Assembly: GCA_905214955.1 (NCBI GenBank)
Contig: CAJMON010000004.1
Span: 2,289 to 66,288 of the forward strand
Origin: an uncultured bacterium
Lineage (GTDB): Bacteria; Bacillota; Clostridia; Lachnospirales; Lachnospiraceae
Direction: 5' to 3'
Length of the DNA stretch: 64,000 nucleotides
The translations under genes and the position numbers were made by a program. How positions within the stretch are numbered: position 1 is the stretch's first letter; every line of letters begins with the position of its first letter. Below the pieces are notes generated by a model. That model saw nothing but the letters and a program-made list of their open reading frames with translations, was not told the DNA's origin and ran no database searches. Shown here piece by piece: positions 58,415-64,000 of this stretch.

Positions 58415-59197
58415 TTATTCTTGTTGTTGAGCCTGCCCTCCGCACAGAGCCAGAAAAAATACGCTTTCCGCCCCTGCCTCCAGTAAAATCTGGGCAGCCG
58501 CATCCACGGTGCTTCCAGTAGTGTAAATATCATCTACCAATAAGACTCTCTTTAATTTTACATCATCCGGCCCGATTTTGAAAGCCCTTTTCAGATTTAT
58601 TTGCCGTTTTTTCCTGTCCAGGTTTTTCTGTGGATCGGTCTTGGCTATACGGATCAAACCATGTTCCAGAACCGGAATCTGCGTCCATTCTCCTATGACT
58701 TCTGCCAGGAGAAATGCCTGATTATATCCTCTTTTTTTCAATCGTTCCTTATGCAGGGGAATGGGAATCACCACATCCGGCTGCCAGCTTTTCAGCTGTT
58801 TCTGGGCCTTTGCCGCCATCACTGTCCCGAAAAACCGTGCATAGCACCGTAGGTTTTGATATTTAAACCGCTGCACAGCCTTCCGCAGGTTTCCCTCATA
58901 AGGAAAGATGCACAATCCCCTAGAATACACATGGCTTCCCTTCCTGCAGTCTTTGCAGTATTCTTCTTCCGGATGCTCCATCAGTTTTCCGCATTTTTTG
59001 CAGCGGGTGCCTTTTATCTGCAGAAGGGCTTTTCTGCACTTCTGACATACCAGCTGATCCTTTTTCAAAATTTGGCCGCACAGCGGACATTTTTCCGGAA
59101 AACAGATTCTGACTGCCCTGTCTGTGAGGATCCGAGCCGCACTCCAAACACCCCCGCAGTGATCCTTCCCTGTCTTCTGACGCTTTATTTCTCTCAT
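58415..59197 (-). CDS. comF: ComF-family protein (zinc ribbons + PRT domain)
   Basis: CPLC, CQKC, CKKC, CKDC; RGYNQA; LLVDDIYTTGST. Confidence 0.9.
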   Translation of the reverse strand: MREIKRQKTGKDHCGGVWSAARILTDRAVRICFPEKCPLCGQILKKDQLVCQKCRKALLQIKGTRCKKCGKLMEHPEEEYCKDCRKGSHVYSRGLCIFPYEGNLRKAVQRFKYQNLRCYARFFGTVMAAKAQKQLKSWQPDVVIPIPLHKERLKKRGYNQAFLLAEVIGEWTQIPVLEHGLIRIAKTDPQKNLDRKKRQINLKRAFKIGPDDVKLKRVLLVDDIYTTGSTVDAAAQILLEAGAESVFFLALCGGQAQQQE

Positions 59198-59240
59198 GCC
59201 ATCTTTGCATTCTCTCCCGGAAGCTTTCTGGCTTTTTGCT

Positions 59241-61487
59241 TTATGCCGGTTCTGTTTCCTGTGTGCCTGCCAGCTCCTGTATTCTCTGTTTTAATGTGGT
59301 GTATCTTCTCTGCTGAGAACTGTTGTCAATCATCTGATTGAAGACTTCCGGGCTGCCCACAAGGGTAACACAGGATTTTGCCCTGGTCACTGCAGTATAG
59401 AGAAGATTTCGATTCATCAGCATCCTGGGGCCTGCCAGAAGGGGAATCACCACTGCAGGGTACTCGCTTCCCTGGGATTTGTGGATAGTCACCGCATAGG
59501 CCAGCTCCAGCTCATCCAGCTGTTTAAAAGAGTATTCCACAAACCGCCTCTCGTCAAACTCCACGGTAAGAATTTCTGCAAAGGTATTGATTTCCCGAAC
59601 AATTCCCATGTCTCCATTAAAGACTCCAACACCTTTTTCTGCTGCGATTCCGTAGTTTCCCCGGATTTCCCACTCGATCTGATAATTGTTTTTGATCTGC
59701 ATGACCTTGTCTCCCTCCCGGAACTTGCCAAGGCCATACTCCCGCTCCCTTTTTTTCGGTGAAGGGGGATTTAAGTATTCCTGAAGAATAGTATTTAAGC
59801 GCTCTACACCCAGAAGTCCTTTCCGCATAGGCGTCAGTACCTGGATATCCTCCGGCTTTGCCTGAATGTATTTTGGAAGCTTTTTCTGAATCAGTGTCAG
59901 CACCACGCTGATGATTACATTGGCATCGTCCCGCTTCAGGAAAAAGAAATCCCTGCTTTTATTGTCCAGAACCACATGCTCTCCCCGGTTGATCCGGTGG
60001 GCATTGACAATGATATCGCTTTCGGATGCCTGACGGAAAATTTTGGTCAGACGCACCACTGGAACCGCAGCAGAATCAATGATGTCTTTTAACACACAGC
60101 CAGGCCCAACGGAGGGCAGCTGATTTACATCTCCTACCAGAATCAGTCTGGTGCCAGGAACTATTGCGCACAGCAGGGCATACATTAGATAAATATCTAC
60201 CATGGAAGTCTCATCAATGATGATCACATCTTCCTCCAGAGGATTCTGGGCATTTCTGCCAAACTCTCCTCTGGAATTTGCGCTGTCTCCTCCTCCGGAA
60301 ATTTCCAGAAGCCGGTGAATGGTCTGGGCATCCCGGCCCGTAGTCTCTGTCATCCGCTTAGCTGCTCTTCCCGTGGGTGCTGCCAGGCGTACTTTCATGT
60401 CTTCAGATTCAAAATAGGAAATCAGCGCATTGATGGTAGTGGTTTTTCCGGTACCAGGTCCTCCGGTGATAATCAAAAGACCGCTCTCTGCCGCCCGAAC
60501 AGCTGCTTCTTTCTGCATGGAATCTAAAGTTGTCTTCTGATGTTTTTCAATCTGAGCCAGCCTTGAGAGCACTGCCTTTTCATCGATTTCACACCGGATA
60601 TTCAAATCACACAGCATTTTTGCTGCATTCAGCTCCAGATAATACGCCTGGGCGCTGTAGACGCAGACTCCTGTCTCAGAGGCGGCTCCTGCTTTGAGCA
60701 CCAGCTTTTTATCAACTGCCAGATCCATCAGATGTTTGGAAATGCTCTCCTGGCTGACCCCAAGCAAATCCACTGCCCGGTGGATCAGCACTCTGTCCGG
60801 CAGATAAATGTGCCCTTCCATGGCTGCCTGCTGCAGCACATAGAGAATTCCACACCGGATTCGGAAATCGGAATCGGTATGGATGCCTGCCTTGGCTGCA
60901 ATTTCGTCTGCAATCCGAAATCCCACGCCGTCAATGTCATCTGCCATTTTATATGGATTTTCTTTGATAATCTGATAGATGGACTGCCCATAAAAAGAAT
61001 AGATCTTTGCTCCCAGTGTGGTGGAAATCCCATACTGCTGAAGAAAGATCATTGCTTTCCGCATATCTCTTTTTTCTTCTACCTGCTCGGAAATCTCTCT
61101 GGCTTTCCGCTCGCTGATTCCCTTGATCTCTGCCAGCCGCTCCGGCTCTTCTTCCATAATGCGGAAGGTGTCCTCTTTAAACCGCCGGACAATTCTGGCT
61201 GCCAGAGAAGTTCCGATACCTTTGATGGCACCGGAACCTAAATACCGTTCAATGGACAGGACATCTTCCGGTGTCTTTAAGGTCAGTGATTCAATCTGAA
61301 ACTGGCGCCCATAAGTGGCATGTTCCGTATAATGCCCTTCTGCCTCGAAAACTTCCCCGTCGCCAATATAATTCAACACTCCTACACAGGTCAGCTCGTC
61401 CCCGTCACAGACCGCATTTAAAACCGTATATCCGTTGTCATTATTTCGAAATATGATATGCTCCACATATCCTTCGATTCGTTCCAT
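59241..61487 (-). CDS. recD2: ATP-dependent RecD-like DNA helicase
   Basis: HhH N-terminus, GGPGTGKTT, APTGRAAKR, IIDETSM, GDVNQLPSVG, AVTIHKSQGSE, YTAVTRA. Confidence 0.95.
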   Translation of the reverse strand: MERIEGYVEHIIFRNNDNGYTVLNAVCDGDELTCVGVLNYIGDGEVFEAEGHYTEHATYGRQFQIESLTLKTPEDVLSIERYLGSGAIKGIGTSLAARIVRRFKEDTFRIMEEEPERLAEIKGISERKAREISEQVEEKRDMRKAMIFLQQYGISTTLGAKIYSFYGQSIYQIIKENPYKMADDIDGVGFRIADEIAAKAGIHTDSDFRIRCGILYVLQQAAMEGHIYLPDRVLIHRAVDLLGVSQESISKHLMDLAVDKKLVLKAGAASETGVCVYSAQAYYLELNAAKMLCDLNIRCEIDEKAVLSRLAQIEKHQKTTLDSMQKEAAVRAAESGLLIITGGPGTGKTTTINALISYFESEDMKVRLAAPTGRAAKRMTETTGRDAQTIHRLLEISGGGDSANSRGEFGRNAQNPLEEDVIIIDETSMVDIYLMYALLCAIVPGTRLILVGDVNQLPSVGPGCVLKDIIDSAAVPVVRLTKIFRQASESDIIVNAHRINRGEHVVLDNKSRDFFFLKRDDANVIISVVLTLIQKKLPKYIQAKPEDIQVLTPMRKGLLGVERLNTILQEYLNPPSPKKREREYGLGKFREGDKVMQIKNNYQIEWEIRGNYGIAAEKGVGVFNGDMGIVREINTFAEILTVEFDERRFVEYSFKQLDELELAYAVTIHKSQGSEYPAVVIPLLAGPRMLMNRNLLYTAVTRAKSCVTLVGSPEVFNQMIDNSSQQRRYTTLKQRIQELAGTQETEPA

Positions 61488-61521
61488 GTATCTTTTCTAA
61501 CTCCTTCTATCCGGCCGCCTT

Positions 61522-62520
61522 TCAGTCTCCCAGATTGGCCTTTCCTCCGGTCACTTCCATATACCGGCCTGTTCCGATGGCCACTGCAGTCATGGCATCT
61601 TCCGCGGTAACAGTATTAATTCCGGTTTTTAACTCAATCAGCTCTTCCAGTCCATTTAACAGGGCACCGCCGCCTGTGAGCACGATTCCTCTTGCTACTA
61701 CATCAGAAGCCAGTTCCGGCGGAGTCCGCTCCAGAACCCCATGTACTGCTTCTACAATCTGGGAGGTGGTTTCTTTGAGTGCATCCCTGGTTTCTTCAGA
61801 AGTCACCCTCACCGTTTTGGGAAGACCTGTCACCAGATCTCTGCCCCGCACTTCCATCACTTTCTGGTCTGGCCGTTCAATCGCTGTTCCTATCGTAATC
61901 TTGATATCTTCTGCCGTCCGTTCTCCAATGAGCAGGTTATGTTTTTTTCGCACATACCGGATAATGGCCTCGTCGAAATCATCCCCTGCAATTTTTAAAG
62001 AAGAGCTGACAACAATTCCATCCAGAGAAATCACTGCCACATCACAGGTTCCTCCTCCGATATCCACAATCATGTTTCCGCAGGGTCTGGAAATATCAAT
62101 GCCTGCTCCGATGGCTGCCGCAATGGGCTCGTCAATCAGGGTCACATCTCTGGCTCCTGCCTGATAGGTCGCATCTTCCACTGCTTTGCGTTCTACCTCT
62201 GTAATGCTCACCGGCACACAGATGCTGATTCTGGGCTTGCGGAAAGACATTCTTCCTGTTGCCTTCTGAATAAAATATTTCAACATCTGCTCTGTCACTG
62301 TATAATCGGAAATCACACCTTTGCGTAAAGGGCGGATCGCCACGATATTTCCCGGCGTCCTGCCAAGCATCATCCGCGCTTCCTCTCCAATTGCTTTGAT
62401 TTTATTGGCGTCCCTGTCAAAAGCCACTACCGACGGCTCCTTGATCACAACGCCCTTTCCTTTTACATAAACCAGTATACTGGCTGTTCCAAGATCTATT
62501 CCAATATCCGTAGATGCCAT
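61522..62520 (-). CDS. mreB: Rod shape-determining actin (MreB/Mbl family)
   Basis: IGIDLGTA, EPSVVA, EPIAAAIGAG, VDIGGGT, LTGGGALL. Confidence 0.95.
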   Translation of the reverse strand: MASTDIGIDLGTASILVYVKGKGVVIKEPSVVAFDRDANKIKAIGEEARMMLGRTPGNIVAIRPLRKGVISDYTVTEQMLKYFIQKATGRMSFRKPRISICVPVSITEVERKAVEDATYQAGARDVTLIDEPIAAAIGAGIDISRPCGNMIVDIGGGTCDVAVISLDGIVVSSSLKIAGDDFDEAIIRYVRKKHNLLIGERTAEDIKITIGTAIERPDQKVMEVRGRDLVTGLPKTVRVTSEETRDALKETTSQIVEAVHGVLERTPPELASDVVARGIVLTGGGALLNGLEELIELKTGINTVTAEDAMTAVAIGTGRYMEVTGGKANLGD

Positions 62521-62535
62521 TAAAAAACTCCTTTC

Positions 62536-62633
62536 TATCGAAGACATCCTGCTTCGCAGGATGCAACGGGTCCCGCCAACTACGCTTTGCTCCGTTTGCG
62601 TATCGAAGACATTCTGCTTCGCAGGATGTCTTC
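62536..62633 (-). repeat. Duplicated hairpin in the mreB leader
   Basis: TATCGAAGACAT(C/T)CTGCTTCGCAGGATG at 62536 and 62601; minus-strand TATAAT at 62642-62637. Confidence 0.7.
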
Positions 62634-62769
62634 TCCATTATATACAACTGCAGGAAGATTGAAAAGCTTTTTCCTGAGTTTTTCAATTTTTCATAATGCT
62701 TTCTTTCGGAAGTTAAGATTTTCTTTATTTCAAGAACATACTTTGAACACAATTTCCATTTATACTATA

Positions 62770-62906
62770 GGAGTATCAACAAAGAGTTGATACTTTCATA
62801 ACTCACACTTCGCAGACCCACACGCTGCGAAGTACTCCCTCAAAATATTTAATTTTTTCTCTTTCCTTTTAGCAGAAAGCGTCCGGTATCCCCCGGGCGC
62901 TTTTTG
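62770..62906 (+). ncRNA. Candidate small RNA divergent from mreB
   Basis: Two perfect 9-bp hairpins, a C/U-rich single-stranded tract (ACTCCCTC), then a GC stem and TTTTT terminator on the plus strand with no plus-strand CDS upstream. Confidence 0.45.
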
Positions 62907-62921
62907 TCTGCTTTTTATTCT

Positions 62922-63077
62922 GAAAGTCCTGGACGACAGCCATAAAAGAGCCATCCTGCATGGGCGAATTCATGGATATCGGACAGGTTAGACCCTATGT
63001 GTAAGCAGGGCGACAGCCCGAATTACGAATGCGGCGGCAGCTGCGGGAGCGCCAAAGGGGCGCAGCAGCTGACTTTC
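62922..63077 (+). repeat. Structured ~157-bp dispersed element, copy 2
   Basis: Ends GAAAGTC...GACTTTC; matches the reverse complement of 51976-52132. Confidence 0.85.
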
Positions 63078-63135
63078 CTGTATAGCTGTGTCGCCATCAG
63101 GCGGCATGTTCGTTTTACAGGCATATTTTTACCGC

Positions 63136-63177
63136 AAAAAATCCGGGACTGCCTGTTGGGGGCTTTGTCCCGGATTT
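63136..63177 (-). terminator. Intrinsic terminator downstream of the rhamnosidase
   Basis: Minus strand AAATCCGGGAC...GTCCCGGATTTTTT. Confidence 0.7.
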
Positions 63178-63281
63178 CTATTTACGTGGAGCAGCAAGCT
63201 AAAGTCCGTGCCCGCACGAGACCTGGGCAGCTGCCGCAGTAACTAAATAATTCCTGTCTGTTATATTTCACGCTCTTGCGC

Positions 63282-64000
63282 TTATGCCTGGCATCTTTTG
63301 TAACGGATGGTATAGGTTCCAGAACCTGTCTGGGCAGCATACTCTCCATTCTCTTTTTCGAAGGTCAGTCCGTCTGCATCCAGTACCTCTTCTGCACCGT
63401 CCAGCACGATCGTGGCTGTGGCATTCACCGGTACTTCCACCGTCAGAACCACTTCATCCTGATCCCATTTCCAGCTGCTTCCCACTGTGCCATATACGGA
63501 CTGATACCCGCCTTTTACCCAGCTTAAACCGCCGCCAAGTCTGGGGCTGATCACGGTATGGTGATATCCTGGCTCTTTTTCGCTGGTCTCCAGTCCTGCC
63601 ATCACACGGAACATCCATTCGCCGATGGCTCCATATGCATAGTGATTGAAAGAGTTCATATCTGCACTCCACATGGTTCCATCCGGTTTCATACCGTCCC
63701 AGTGCTCCCAAACAGTGGTGGCCCCCATCTTCACCTGATACAGCCAGGAGGGGAAATCATCCTTTAATAACAGATCATAGGCTTCTTTTACACAGCCGTT
63801 CTGGCTTAACGCATGGCAGAAATAGGGCGTTCCCACAAATCCCGTTACCAGATGGCCATTTTCTTTTGCAAGAAGGCGTTTTAATCCTTCTACCGTTTTT
63901 TCTTTGTAAGCTTCCGGTGTCAGTCTGAAATACAGGGCAACAATGTGGGCGGTCTGTGTCTGGGCCGTCATGGTGCCATCTTCGTTAAAGAAGGTCTTCT
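63282..64000 (-). CDS. Alpha-L-rhamnosidase (GH78), C-terminal part; 5' end outside the window
   Basis: TGFVGTP, FPSWLYQVKMGATTVWEHWD, MNSFNHYAYGAIGEW. Confidence 0.9.
   Translation of the reverse strand, partial: KTFFNEDGTMTAQTQTAHIVALYFRLTPEAYKEKTVEGLKRLLAKENGHLVTGFVGTPYFCHALSQNGCVKEAYDLLLKDDFPSWLYQVKMGATTVWEHWDGMKPDGTMWSADMNSFNHYAYGAIGEWMFRVMAGLETSEKEPGYHHTVISPRLGGGLSWVKGGYQSVYGTVGSSWKWDQDEVVLTVEVPVNATATIVLDGAEEVLDADGLTFEKENGEYAAQTGSGTYTIRYKRCQA

Noticed and set aside
57972..58445. N-terminal extension of the 498-aa ORF
   Set aside because: Overlaps the 57968-58402 gene in another frame; an RBS and ATGA coupling support the start at 57971.
62536..62633. Mini CRISPR array
   Set aside because: Only two repeats, inside a gene leader, and no cas genes in the window.
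52132..62922. Composite transposon bounded by the two 157-bp copies
   Set aside because: Cargo is housekeeping genes, there is no transposase, and the copies have diverged.

Overview
Chromosomal window of an anaerobic Firmicute, most likely Lachnospiraceae/Clostridia (inferred from protein types and gene order, not from a search). About 50 kb (1-50230, all minus strand) is one very large surface-glycan locus with several internal sigma-A promoters. It holds a priming transferase, about 15 soluble glycosyltransferases and two Wzm/Wzt ABC exporters. One exporter sits with a GlfT2-like galactofuranosyltransferase and glf. The other sits with a methyltransferase-coiled coil-GT4-GT2 protein and a Wzt carrying a C-terminal binding domain. 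The locus also has four polyprenyl-phosphate sugar synthases, two flippase-like proteins, several GT-C-like membrane proteins, three polysaccharide pyruvyltransferase-family domains paired with two FrhB-like Fe-S/flavin reductase domains, and a CDP-3,6-dideoxyhexose pathway with a YerE-like ThDP enzyme. To the right are a divergent amidase / L,D-transpeptidase pair, ptsH, cdaR, cdaA, comF, recD2, mreB and a partial GH78 rhamnosidase. Intergenic DNA carries several structured elements: a TIR-bounded MITE, a ~157-bp element in two inverted copies, palindromes and a candidate sRNA. The best candidates for undescribed biology are (i) the pyruvyltransferase + FrhB module as a lactyl-ether-forming system, partly on a lipid carrier, and (ii) delivery of a branched dideoxy sugar by a GtrA/GtrB-type route. 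Family calls come from motif recognition only, and many starts were trimmed by hand to the RBS-supported codon.
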